From the NCBI GenBank assembly GCA_043228905.1, contig JBHGNT010000002.1, positions 23,374,001-23,438,000 on the forward strand: a stretch of DNA of 64,000 nucleotides, in the 5' to 3' direction. The DNA comes from Azolla caroliniana. Its lineage: Eukaryota; Plantae; Polypodiophyta. Below are positions 11,701-24,126 of this stretch, piece after piece; positions within the stretch are counted from its first letter, which is position 1, and each line of letters opens with the position of its first letter. Below the pieces are notes generated by a model. It was not told the DNA's origin. It worked only from the letters and a program-made list of their open reading frames with translations, and searched no databases. Position numbers and translations under genes: made by a program.

Positions 11701-14042
11701 CTTCAAGTGGATGGTGGATTTGGTGACGATGCCAATGGGGGTAGGATAGATGCGGTATCTGGTGCTGGCTCGGGAAGATCTAATGAACCAGGTTGAAGGC
11801 CGAGCCCTGCAGAACAAGACGACGACAACCATGTGCCGGTTTTTGATTGAGGACGTAGTATGCCGATACAGGTGCGTAGGGAAGATCGTGGCTGACCGTG
11901 GTGAGTTGGACGCAGAAGAGGCCGAAGAGCTGTTCGACCAGCTAGGAGTCAAACTTTCGCTCACCACAGCGTACAATCCAGAGGCGAACGAGAAGGTGGA
12001 GCGCGGACACGGGCCAATTGTGAAAGCGCTAGTACGGGCGTGTGGAGGCCGAGTCGGGGACTGGCCACGGCTACTACCTTATTCCTTGTGGGCGGACCGG
12101 ACTACGCATAGTTCGGTAACCGGGTTCATGCCGGCCGAGCTTATGTTCGAACAGAAGCCGATCATGCCAACAGAGTGAACGATCTCCTCGTGGGCCACGG
12201 TGGACTGGAGGGATGAGATGAGCTGAGAGGAACTGCTGGCGGCGCGGATTCGACAGCTCGAGCGGAGGCCGGAGGACGTAGAGCGAGTCGCGGAGAAGCT
12301 TCGGGTAGCGAGGATAAGGAACAAAGCCCGGTTCGACCAAACACACCGGTTCAGGCCAAGGAAGATCGAGGAAGGCGACTGGGTGCTAGTCTATGACAAC
12401 AGCTTCGACAATCAGCACAGGGCCACGTGGAAGTTTGCGAGGAGGTGGTTCGGGCCTTACGTAGTAATAGGCGCCAACGGCAATGGGACGTACCATCTCG
12501 CGGAGCTCGACGGTACGAGAATGGCGATACCGGTAGCGGGGAAGAGGATCAAAGCGTTCAAGAAACGGCACGACGGGGAGCCGGATCTAGGGGGCATGGA
12601 TAGCGACGACGAGCAACCCGAGGCGGAGGATGGAGCGGTAAACGAGGAATAAAAGCAAGGATCGGTTTTCTCCCGTAGGGACCCAATTTTGGCGCATACC
12701 GGTGGATGCGCGGTTAGGTGGGGGCGGATGTCGTGAAGAAAACCGTCCCCAGGCGCAAACCGTGTATTGTGTGTGTGAACCGGCCCTTACACGTGGGCAC
12801 GTCCCTTGTCGTATAGTAGATAGGTAGGCACAAAGGTTAAATCCTAAATAGCAATATTCTATAAGGGAAATTGAGGAGTATCTCTGTTTGAAAGGACAAA
12901 GAATTAATGTGATGTAAACGGGTGAAACGACCTCCCTCCTTGAGCTATAAAAGAGAGGGAGACGGGGGAGAGAAGGGATCGCGCGCTAGAGGGAACGAAG
13001 TGTTGTCGGACTGGGACCGAGCTCTTCTTCTCTGTCGTTCTCCATAGCTTTCTTTTGTGTAGGTTCTCAGGAGGCTGATTCTGCTCCGTGGAACGCCCGA
13101 GTGGTCCCGCCTTGTTCTCCACGCAAGCGCGTAACAACGCGACACCGGAATCGACAACCCACATTGTCTCGTCGTCAACAAGGTTTAACTCATTCTCCTC
13201 GGTAATGAGCATCAGTTCCTCTTCACTTGTCGCGATCGCTGACATTCTTTTCTGATCTGAGCCTCTTCGGTCCGAACCGTTTTTGTCCGAACTTTTCTTC
13301 GAATCAGTGGTGCCGTTTTCTTCCTCTTTCCGGAAATGCCGACAGTTCTTCTGGAAGTGTCCCGGCTTCCCGCAATAGAAGCATGTGGGTCTCCCCCTTG
13401 ACTTTGACCTCGTCCCCGATTTGTTCCGGTTTTGGGGACTCCGATACCGGCCTCTTCCTCGGTTGTGGTCATCTTTTGTGACTAAGGCCTTCGGATCGGT
13501 TCCGGACTCTCGGTCCATCTAGCAGGCTTGATTTTACCCTTGCTAGGGACAACTGCTTTCCTTCCGGTCCGGCGTTGCCCAACGCGACAACTAGCGTCTC
13601 CCAACTATCCAGGAGGGAATCGAGCAGGATTAATGCGAGTACCTCATCGGCAAGGGGTACTTCCAACGAGGTTGCCTAGTGGATTAGTCTCTGGAAGGCA
13701 TTCATGTGCTCCGCCATACTGAAGCTATCTTGGTACAAGAGCCTCACTAGCTTTCGGAATACCGAAACCCGGTTAACAACATTCTTGTTCTGGAACATGA
13801 TGCCAATCTTCTCCCAGAGTTCATGAGCCTTGCTCTCTTCATTGAAGTTGTTGTACATGCACATGTCGATGAAGCACCGGATGTAGGCCGTCGTCTTCAT
13901 GTGCATCAACTTCTAATTTGGACAATCTATGGAATAAGTATGATTATTCTTATGATTATTCTTTATCTAGTGTTCAGAAAGCTATTATTGAAATACAACA
14001 ATTATTTCACAGTAAGGCTAAACAAGTATTTCATGCATCTTT

Positions 14043-16210
14043 TGACAGGAACTGCACGCTCCCTATACGCAATGCTCGGCCTCAACCGAGCTTAGAATCA
14101 TACACAGAAAACGGGAAATAATGCACGATACGAAGAAGAGAAAAGTACGCATGATGTTTACGTGGAAAACCCAAACTAAGGGCAAAAACCACGGCAGCCC
14201 ACAGGCTGCAAACTATCACTATGTTAGAATGTACAACAGTGAGTTCACGGAGGCAACGACCTCGTGCTCACGATCTTCGCCACAGGCGGCGGTTACAACA
14301 GAGGCAACAACCTCTTTCTCTCTCTCTCTCACTCTATGTACACAGTTACGCGCTCACTCTATCCTTGCACCAACAAGAATATGACAACAACTGTAGTAAC
14401 TTAAAGTTTGCCCTAAGTCATATTTATACTAATATGACTTTTCGGCTATTTACAAATATAGCCTCGATGGACTCTCAGAAACATATTTACGAATATGTCT
14501 CTTCATCCGGTGAGCATTCCTCACCGGGTTTGCACCATCCGGCTCTCCGTAGCCGGGTACTCCTCATCTGGTTCTCACCGGGTCTGCACCATCCGGCTCT
14601 CCGTAACTGGGTACTCCTCATCCGGTTCTCACCGAGTCTGCACCATCCGGCTCTCCATAACCGGGTACTCCTCATCCGGTTTTCACCGGGTCTGCACCAT
14701 CCGGCTCTCCGTAGCCGGGGGGCTCCTCATCCGGTCTTGACCGGGTCTGCACCATTCGGCTCTCCGTAGCCGGGGAGGGGACTCCTCATACGGTTTTGGC
14801 CTTGGCCTATCGCCGTATCTGAGGGTGATCTATTTATCACATATGTCGCCGTCGACAATGCCTCAGCCCAAAACTTCTTGGGTAGTTTTGCATGTGCTAG
14901 CATACTCCGGACCCTCTCCATTATCCGGGAGGGAACCGAGCAGGAGTAGCGCTAGTACCTCGTCGGCGAGAGGTACTTCCAATGACGTTGCCTGGTGTAT
15001 CAGCCCCTGGAAGGCATTCATGTGCTCCGCCATGCTGGAGCCGTCTTGGTACCGAAGTCTTACTAGCTTCCGGAATACCGAAACCTGATTAACAACATTT
15101 TTGTTTTGAAACATTATGCCGATCTTCTCCTAGAGCTCATGAGCCTTGCTCTCTTCATTGAAGTTGTTGTACAGGCTCATGTCGATGAGGCACCGTATGT
15201 ACGCCGTTGTCTTCATGTGCATCACCTCCCATATCGCGGTGTCGATTTTGTCCGGTCTCTTGTCCCCGAACTGAACCGGCAGCCAGAGGTCTTTAACCAC
15301 GAGCATGTCCCTCATTTTCGACTTCCACACCGAATAGTTGGAGCCGGTGAGCTTGAACATGCCTCCCAACGAATTGTCCATTTTCTGTGTCGTTTAGCTC
15401 TGATACCACTTGACAGGAACTGTACGCTCCCTATACGCAACGCTCGGCCTCAACCGAGCTTAGAATCATACACAGAAAACGGGAAATAATGCACGACACA
15501 AAGAAGAGAAAAGTACGCAGGATGTTTACGTGGAAAACCCAAACTAAGGGAAAAAACCACGACAGCCCACAGGCTGCAAACTATCACTATGTTAGAATGT
15601 ACAACAGTGAGTTCACGGAGGCAACGACCTCGTGCTCACGATCTTCGCCACAGGCAGCGGTTACAACAGAGGCAACAACCTCTTTCTCTCTCTCTCTCAC
15701 TCTCTGTACACAGTTATGCGCTCACTCTATCCTTGCACCAACAAGAATATGACAACAACTGTAGTAACTTAAAGTTTGCCCTAAGTCATATTTATACTAA
15801 TATGACTTTTCGGCTATTTACAAATATAGCCTCGATGGACTCTCAGAAACATATTTACGAATATGTCTCTTCATCCGGTGAGCATTCCTCACCGGGTTTG
15901 CACCATCCGGCTCTCCGTAGCCAGGTACTCCTCATCCGGTTCTCACCGGGTCTGCACCATCCGGCTCTCCGTAACTGGGTACTCCTCATCCGGTTCTCAC
16001 CGGGTCTGCACCATCCGGCTCTCCGTAACCGGGTACTCCTCATCCGGTTTTCACCGGGTTTGCACCATCCGGCTCTCCGTAGCCAGGGGGCTCCTCATCC
16101 GGTCTTGACCAGGTCTGCACCATCTGGCTCTCCGTAGCCGGGGGCTCCTCATACGGTTTCATCAACACTGTTCTTCTCCCTTCCCATCCGGAGGGACCTG
16201 TCTCCCAACA
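14043..16210 (-). mobile_element. Internally deleted copia element: 5' LTR 15411-16210, PBS-iMet 15397-15408, gag fragment, short integrase fragment, truncated 3' LTR 14043-~14810
   Basis: 5-bp TSD TCTTT on both sides; TGGTATCAGAGC PBS; near-identical LTRs. Confidence 0.9.
14504..14790. repeat. 54-bp tandem repeat in copia LTR U3; also ~15872-16150, 27218-27390, 39340-39612, 55565-55838, 62220-62610
   Basis: Unit CTCATCCGGTTCTCACCGGGTCTGCACCATCCGGCTCTCCGTAGCCGGGTACTC, about 3 to 7 copies per LTR. Confidence 0.92.
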
Positions 16211-16907
16211 TCTTTTACTAAAATAGGAAGACTTCGTAGGGGATTGCGGTCCTTGTAGCATCTCCAACAGAGAAGCCCATATTCAACTTATATAATCTCT
16301 AGAGTGATACAAGTAGGGAATCCGATTTTGGAATTACAAAAGGTTTTAACTGATTTTACATATCATAATATACTTTCTGAATGGGTAGAGTTAGGAGATA
16401 AAGTGAATAAACCGTTTTTTGCAATGCATAATCATCATAAGCCGATTGCTAGGATTTCTTGTTTAAAATGTCAGGATGGCTCTTATACCACTGATCCTAG
16501 TCAGATGCGTCAAATAACCTCGAATTATTATGAAAATTTGTTGAAGGCTAGATCCTTTTCTAGGGATGATTTGTTTAAACGGGATATTGTATGGTCAAGG
16601 ATTCAAAGTAGAGTATCTATAAAACTTTCAGAATGTCTTTTGAAACCATTAAGCCCTCAAGAGACTCTGAAAGCGGCAAAGACCTTAGCAAAGGATGTTT
16701 GTCCTGGATTGGTGGGTTGGGGGTTCAATGGTATATAAAGTATTGGGATTTCATAGGTGAGGGACTGACCAAAGCTTATCAACAAATTTTAGATTCTGGA
16801 AATATGCCACAAGATTGGAGTGAGGGGTTAATATATATGATTCCCAAATCAAGTGGCCAGTTAGAGGAGCTTCAAAATTGAAGACCAATTACTTTGTTGA
16901 ATGTTAT

Positions 16908-17474
16908 TGTTAAGCGTTGGGATAACAACACAACCAGTCACGAATAAGAACGCATCAACAAGGACGTAGTACGAAGAGGAAACAAAAAGAGGAAAGGAAA
17001 GCAAAGAGACGGCCAAATGTGAAAGGCCCATACCCTAAACGTGAAAGCTATATAAACCACATAGTAGTGGCTTTGTGAGGGTTCTCCCATTTGTAAAGAT
17101 CTCCTATTGATTAGAGCTAGAGCTTCCTCTCCTCTTTCTTGTAAACCTTTGAGCTTAAGAGAGATTAGTGAAGTGTTGAGTTAGAGAACACTAATCTCTT
17201 TTCTTGTTGGTGCTAGACCTCTTAGCAAAGAGGGTTAATAATATACATACTCTTGCTTCTTATTGTCTATACTATTGATCTATTGTTTATGAGAGAGAGC
17301 TTGAGAGAGTGAGAGAGATATCGTGCTTAATCATTTACTAATCGTTGAGTGAGTGTGAGGCTCGGAGGTATTCGACAACCATCTCTGCCCGATTCGCCAT
17401 CAAGAGGGTATACGCCGGTCCGAATCCCGCACGACATCGAGGAGCTTACTCCATCGATACATAGATCCTTAACG
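16908..17474. mobile_element. Solo LTR of a further family inserted in the L1 RT
   Basis: TGTTAAG...CTTAACG termini, 5-bp TSD GTTAT; removing it restores LLNV-IYKILAK. Confidence 0.82.
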
Positions 17475-20149
17475 GTTATCTATAAGATATTAGCAAAAAC
17501 ATTAGCTAAACGTCTACAACCTTACCTTTCTGAGTTAATTCATGTTTCCCAAACTAGTTTTATGCAAGAACGGAGTATTTTTTATAATATTATTCTTTTT
17601 TGGGAAATGGTTGCCTTCGCTAAACTACATAAACTACATAAACAAGATTTGGCAGTGTTATTTCTTGATTTTAAGAAAGCTTATGACAGAGTGGGTTGGG
17701 ATTTTATGGAGGGTACTTTGCTCAGGATGGGTCTTCAAAATAGATGGATCCAAGGAGTTTCAACACTATATCGTAATGCACACAACTCTCTTCTATTTGC
17801 AGGGGATGTTGATAGGCGTTCTCTATTTCAAGATCTATAAGACAAGGATGTCCACTTGCTCCTTTTATGTTTCTACTAGTTTCTGTAGCATTTTCTGTAC
17901 ATTTAAATTCTCATAATGTAAATATCAAAGGTTTATCAATACCATTTGTAGATGTTGGCGTGGATAGCGAGTTTGCTGATGATACAACTCTCTATGTTCA
18001 AGCCTCACAAGTTAATTTGTTGCAAGTTCAAAAAAGTTGTGGATGACTTCTCACATACATCAGGTGCATTGATTAATTGGGATAAATCATTAGGTTTTTG
18101 GGTGGCTGAGGGAGATCCGCCAATTAATGTATTTAGTTCAGGATTTACATGGAAGAGTGGGTTTGGGATTAAATGCAGAAGATATGATAGCGCCTTTGTT
18201 GTTAAGATTAAGAAATAAGTTAATATATTGGAATAAGGAAAAGTTGTCCTTAGAAGGACGTGTAGTTGTTGCAAATTCGGTGCTTTTGTCCTCGATTTGG
18301 TATATTTCATCTACATGGTTGTTTTCTAGGTCAGTAATGCTTAAAGTTCAACGTCTAGTATGAAATTTTATTTGGGGGAATGCTAGTTCACACACTCCTG
18401 TAGCAAAGGTCGCTCGGTCGGTTCTTATACAGTCTAAACAGAAAGGAGTTTTAGGTTTGATTGATCCCTTAATGCAAAGTAAGACATTGTTGGCTAAACA
18501 TGTTGTTAGAAGTTTATTGCTTGGAGAGGAGTTATGGATTCTTCATTTACATAAGTTTAAGCCATTGGTAGGTGGTCAATGGAGGGATAGTCTTAGATGG
18601 TTCTTTAATTCGGATTTTCCTTTACCTAAGTTGTATGTTGGATCTTTACGGTTCTTTAATGGAATTAATCATGCATGGGAAAGTATTCGTCAAGCACTTG
18701 TTTTCTTGCCACCAAAAACTCGTTCTCAATTCATGCGTCAACCATTGTTATGGAATCCTTTATTTACTGAGGAAGCTGCATGTGTTTTGGGTTTACGGCC
18801 TAGGTTATCTTGGGCAGCATTGGATAGTGGCCCCGCCTGTACGGTTGCGGAGTGGCTAAATTTTTCGGAGACTTCAGCGCAAGACTAGAGGAATAGGTTG
18901 TCTAATTTAAGAGGGGCAAATATTATGTTCTCTCAAGTGTCCACGATATTTCAGGTAACAATGCTAACTATGCAGTTCAACCATTTTCAGAATTGGTATG
19001 GTATGTTTTCGACTCTTAATATACTTATAAGAGCTCGTTTATACCATCAAAATGGCAGCCTTTATTTTTATGAAGTTCTGGATAATGGTAGACTGTTTTT
19101 AGTGGAGGAGGAGGAGGCTCCAATTATGTCTTCTGCAAATGAGTTACCAGTGTGAGTAATTGCTTGATTAGATAAAAAGAATTTTATAGATCCTAATCCC
19201 TTAATTGCTAAATATTCATCTCATATTTGGGTTTTACAATCTAGGCCAATTGCTGATTTGCATTAGGATCCGTCTGATTATGGTTGGAAGTTGTCCAGAT
19301 CCGACACTTCGCAAATGAAGGTCCTCCCATTCTTCACATATTCTGTGGCGTTTGGAAGGAATTTCTTTTGAATCAGAGTGAATCGGTACTTGCGGGGAAA
19401 AAATATTGGGAGGAAGGTAATGTGTCATCCTCGCATATGTTGAAGTTATGGAAACAATTTTGGTCATTTAAGTGTATGAATAAGGTATTACATTTTCAAT
19501 GGTTGATGATTCATTATGTCTTGCCAATAGGAGGTTTATTGAGGGGAACAATGCCTGATAGATCATGTGTTATGTGTGGGTTTGCAGTTGAGACATTGCA
19601 TCATGTTTTTTGGGAATGTGTTGCGGCCAAAAGTTTTTGGTTTCGAATTCTTAGGTTATTAGGTCGTAAATATAGGTCAACCATTTTCACGTGGGGTGCA
19701 GTATTTTGGGGAACGTTGGATCAACAAAAGGCTTTTTATCATTATCATAATTCTTCATTGACTTTACAGGTAAAAAGTTTTCAAGTGTACCCTATTTCAA
19801 CCTCCGTACCGGGAATCAAGTTCTTCTCGAGGTGTTATGTTTGGCAGATTGTTTCCTCTTTGGCCCTATGGGTTTTGTGGAAAGCGAGATGTTCCAAACT
19901 ATACAACGATGAACAAATTCATGTTGTGGATTAGGTTAAGACCTTTTGGGAATTAGTGATACATATAGTAAAAGGTGAGTATGATAGTTATAAGGGTTAT
20001 GGAAATAAAGCTAACCAGAAAAGAAGAAGAATTTGGAGAGTTTGGGCAGCTATTCCTATTTTGTTGGATGTAGGTGATGATGTTAAGTGGAATTACGTTC
20101 CACCTCATTGGTTGTTTCCACCACCAACACCATTCTTACTGTAGACAAC

Positions 20150-21250
20150 ATGGAATTTGGTGAAAATGGCGAGAGGGTTGCTGTGGAATTATTTTGAAGC
20201 ATATTTAGTTATTGTAACTTTTAGAACGATGAATGAAGACGGGGATGGAGGCAAATACAAATTTTCATGATGGTTTGAGGAGTGTATATGTACAGGAAAG
20301 TACTGAAAATGGAGAGGATTTTGATGGAAAATGGCAAGATGCTTTGATGTGGAAGTTTTTTTGAAGTTGACTTATTTATTTTCAGTTTTTAGAATGATGA
20401 GTGAAGATGGTGGAGGCAGAAGCAAGGTTTCATGAGGGTTTGAGGAGAGTGGATTCATTCTGGTCTTCTTTTTGTAGGTACAGAATTCGGGCGATGAATG
20501 GAAAGATGGTTGTAGTGGAAAATGAAGCTGATTTATTTTGAAAGGATGAGTGAAGATGGTGGTGGAGGCGGAATCAAGGTTTCATGAGGGTTTGAGGAGA
20601 GTGGATTCATTCTGGTTTTTGTAGGTACAGGAATCAGGCGATGAATGGCAAGATGGTTGTAGTGGAAAATGAAGCTGATTTAATTTTGGAAGGATGAGTG
20701 AAGATGGTGGTGGAGGTAGAAGCAAGGTTTCATGAGGGTTTCAGGAGAGTGGATTCATTCTGGTTTTTGTAGGTACAGGACTCGAGTGATGAATAGCAAG
20801 AGGATTGTGATGCAAAATGGAGAGATAGTTGATGTGGAAGTTTTTGAAGCAATCTTATTTACTTTCAATTTTTAGAATGATGAGTGAAGATGGTGGCGGA
20901 GGTACAAGCAAGGTTTTATGAGGGTGAGGAGAGTGGATTAATTCTATTTTGTGTATGTACAAGAAATTGTTGAAAATAGAGAGATACAGGACTCGTGCAA
21001 TGACTGACAAGATGGATGTTGTGGAAAAGGAAGCTGATTTATTTTTGAAAGGATGAGTAAGGATGTTGTCGAGGGTTGAAGAAAAATGTCATGAGTTGAA
21101 GCAAAATGTCTATACAGGAATTTCGTGGAAAATGGAGAAATGGCTGATGTGGAAATATTTTGAAGCACATTTATTTGTTTTTAGTTTATACAACGATGAG
21201 CGAAGATGGTGGCAGAGGCAGAAGCAAATTTGCATGAGGGTCTGAGGAGA
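20150..21250. repeat. Degenerate tandem array, about 7 units of ~150-185 bp
   Basis: Recurrent core GATGAGTGAAGATGGTGGTGGAGGCAGAAGCAAGGTTTCATGAGGGTTTGAGGAGAGTGGATTCATTCTGG near 20228, 20396, 20545, 20693, 20879, 21052, 21196. Confidence 0.8.
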
Positions 21251-21609
21251 CTGAATTGAGTAGAGAACCAATATTTTCATATGGTAGGTTCATTTGGATC
21301 ATTTGGATATGATGAACTCTTACATGTAGCAGCGATCAAGGAATCATTGTGAAAGAAGATATATCACTACATGTTGAATACGATGGAATTGATGTTAGGG
21401 GCTTTGGCATGTCATCAACATTACTTGGTGATATGGATGCTGGTAGGGCAACAATATTACTTAGGGAGAAGTTCACTGATATTATCTTGTATCTTGCCTT
21501 TATCTTTATCTAGAAAGATTGGTTGCACAATATTCATTGTAATGTTGGATTATCTTGTATCTTGCCTTTGGTTACTTTAATCTTAATACTAATGGAGGAT
21601 AATTTTTAT

Positions 21610-22011
21610 GGAAAAAAACCCTAATAGGGAAAAACCACGGGAGCCCACAAACTCCAAACTATCACTATGTATGAAAGGTACAAACAGAGACTCGAAGGCA
21701 ATGACCTCGAGCTCTGAATCTTCGCCAACCGGTGGATACTATAGAGTATCACTCTGTATCTCTCTCTCCCTCTCTCTCTCCCTCTCTCTGTACAACAATA
21801 TAACAACAACAACCTTACAAAGTGATTGCCCTAAGTCATATTTATACTTATATGAACTTAGGGCTATTTACAAATATAGCCTCAATAGGCTTACTCAAAA
21901 TATATTTACAAATATGTCTTCTCTTCCGGTTCTCACCGGCTCTCTTCCAGTTCTCACCGGGTCCAGACTATTCATCACTGGATCCCATCCGGAGGAACCG
22001 ATTTCCCAACA
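21610..22011 (-). mobile_element. Truncated solo LTR of a diverged copia subfamily
   Basis: Shares GGGAAAAACCACGG, TGCCCTAAGTCATATTTATAC and the terminal CCCATCCGGAGG...TTCCCAACA with the other copia LTRs. Confidence 0.75.
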
Positions 22012-22111
22012 AGTTTTACTCATTGTCATCAACTTCTCGATCTCCCTATCTCATCAACTTCCCCATCTCTTTATCTCCAATTGTTCATCTGTGACAAGAG
22101 AACCCACCTGC

Positions 22112-23727
22112 CTTGAAGAAATGGTCACTGAGTTCAATAAGTAAGTCTTTCAAATAGTGATATTGAAGTCAATATGGTGCAATTGAAAGTTCTAATCTCG
22201 TTTTCTAATTTCACAGTCATAAGGTGTACATGAAGATCCAAGAAGTTATGATGAAACAACTTGGATGTATAACTTGGGAACAAGTGACCGAGGATTATCC
22301 TCTAACGTCTTCATATAAGGCGTTATCGGAGTATTTTATTGCATTCAAGGATTGGGTTAGTATTGGTGGTTTTTCATTAAGCTTTCATATGTAGAGCTTG
22401 TATAATAAAACTTGATGTCCTATTGCTTCTATTAGAAACCGTGTCGTGGCAAGAAACAAGGAGAAGTTAAGGATGTACACGATTTCCCGACATCCTTCCT
22501 TGCACATCTCGAGAGAGCTAGAAAAGAAAAGGATCGTCGCTTAGTCAAGGCGTACGAAATGGAGGAAGGTGGCTCCTTCAAAAAATTTAGCCACAAAAAA
22601 GATATTATGAGAGATCTTTACTACAATGTGGTTTGTGGCGATGTCGTTGACATGATCCAAAAAGTGCCAAAGAAGGAATATACGCTAATGATTGCGGATA
22701 TTCCTTACGGATTTCGAATGGCAGGGTCATCATACGACGATGAACCGTTTAGGTTTAAACAGTTGGAGAAGATGGTCAAGGATTTTGCTAAGCTAACGAC
22801 TGCATCCTTGTGGAAAATAGTTGTCTTTTATAGTATGGACCAAGGGTACTCGGTAGCTCAAGCTTTGAGATCTCGTTGCCATGGCATCGAGAACCTTGCA
22901 TGGTAAGGATTATTTATAGGTCTCATTCACTATATTGCCTTTCTTAAGATTGTTCAATCTATTCTTAACTCGATGTAATATTTGTTATAGGATAAAAACC
23001 AATGTAAATAGAGGGCCAACCTTTCGGTTCATTAATGCCATTGAATACATCACGGTTGGCTACTTCAATGAAATTAAAAAACAAAGAATCAAGGAGCATT
23101 CTAATGAAGTGGGAAGTTCAAATATGTTGGTATATCCAGTAGTGACACGGAAATTGCGACATGTCACCACGACAGAACGGGGACTTGTTAACCCATACCA
23201 AAAACCTCAATGACTTATGATGCGCTTGATCAGGATGTTTTCTATCGAAGAAGACTAGATATTAGATCTCTTTTCTGGCACAGGTATTCCTCGAACTAGG
23301 GTAACGATCTTGAGATAACCAATACTGAATCTTTTTTGTTTGAGAACTAATTCTTCTTGTTACTTTCTTCACAGGAACGACGTTTGCATGTGCATTGAAG
23401 CTCTTTAGAAACACAGTTGCATTGGAGAAGGACAAGGAGCAGGTTATATTTATAAACATGAGGATTAAGGCTTTGTGGGAGTGCCCAGACCAGGACGAGG
23501 AGGTCGGTGCAAAGAACCTCGTTGATACTGAAAGGTTTCAACCTGCTTCGCGAGAGCCTATTCCTCCGTTAGCCAAGGAACCGGGGGAGCTAATAAAGCT
23601 TGATGATGAGCTTATAGAAGATATTTCGCTGGCTCGGCTAACAGGGGAAGCCAATGCACGTATAGCCGAAGAGACTTCTATACAGGATGATGAAGAAAAT
23701 GACATTGACGATTTGATTGCTATGTAA
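22112..23727 (+). pseudogene. Spliced beta-class N6-adenine/N4-cytosine DNA methyltransferase (N6_N4_Mtase-like); exons ..22140, 22217-22355, 22436-22902, 22991-23283, 23375-23727
   Basis: Four frame-preserving GT-AG introns; VVCGDVVDMIQKVP...IADIPYG (motif IV), W-IK, NPYQKP..LMMRLI..FS..D.ILDLFSGTGTTFACALKLFRNTVALEKD (motifs X, I, II); two in-frame stops; 5' end missing. Confidence 0.85.
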
Positions 23728-24126
23728 TAGACTCTTTTAAAAACATGAAATGTATTGTTTGGATTTCACATTATTAATACAAATTTTGGGTTTTACTTGG
23801 TGGATTCTATTCTTTATAATCTTCTATATGTTTCAATTTTATTTTTATATACTTGGTTAGTAGACTTATGACATTGGTTTCACCACGTGCATTGCTGATT
23901 ACCAAATTTATGGAGAAACATGAATTAGTTTAAATTGAGGCTGATTTTGGTCAAAGTTTACCTTAACATAACATGGTCGTAGAATTGTTGCCATGACTAT
24001 CCATGTTGTTGTTATGGATCTTTGTCTTCTATTGTTAAAACTATTATGTTTCTCTTCCATTGTTGCTTAGATTGTGTAGTGTGTTGACAATGGTTCCACT
24101 AGTGTTATCCGCATGTTTTTATACGC

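Larger units (their letters stand above)
4643..13144 (+). mobile_element. Phygy-like gypsy element, internally deleted; 5' LTR 4643-4711 + 9154-9784, 3' LTR 12729-13144
   Basis: TG..CA LTRs, 4-bp TSD CCGG, PBS at 9789, gag fused to RT by a deletion near 10285, RNase H/integrase remnants 10533-12652, PPT before 12729. Confidence 0.9.
2074..13909 (-). mobile_element. Degenerate Ty1/copia internal region: RT and integrase 2074-4642, protease/gag 13145-13909; split by a gypsy insertion
   Basis: RT motifs (QLDVKTAFLHG, LLLYMDDM, YASTVGSLMYA), integrase (LELVHSDVC, VRADNEGEY), gag CCHC (CFYCGKPGHFQKNC); many stops. Confidence 0.92.
13910..20144 (+). mobile_element. Degenerate L1-clade LINE ORF2 (RT + zf-RVT), interrupted by two LTR insertions
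   Basis: RPITLLNV/IYKILAKTLAKRL, LFLDFKKAYDRV, IRQGCPLAP, FADD, and CVMC...ETLHHVFWEC zinc finger; frameshifts and stops. Confidence 0.85.

Noticed and set aside
14221-14769. ORFs with 18-aa repeats (LLIRFSPGLHHPALRSRV), also at 15589, 39311, 55536, 61969
   Set aside because: These are translations of the 54-bp LTR VNTR, open in several frames on both strands; no evidence of coding.
22112-23727. Bacterial contamination or a restriction-modification operon as the source of the MTase
   Set aside because: Four spliceosomal introns, flanking plant LTR insertions and no nuclease partner show it is nuclear eukaryotic DNA.
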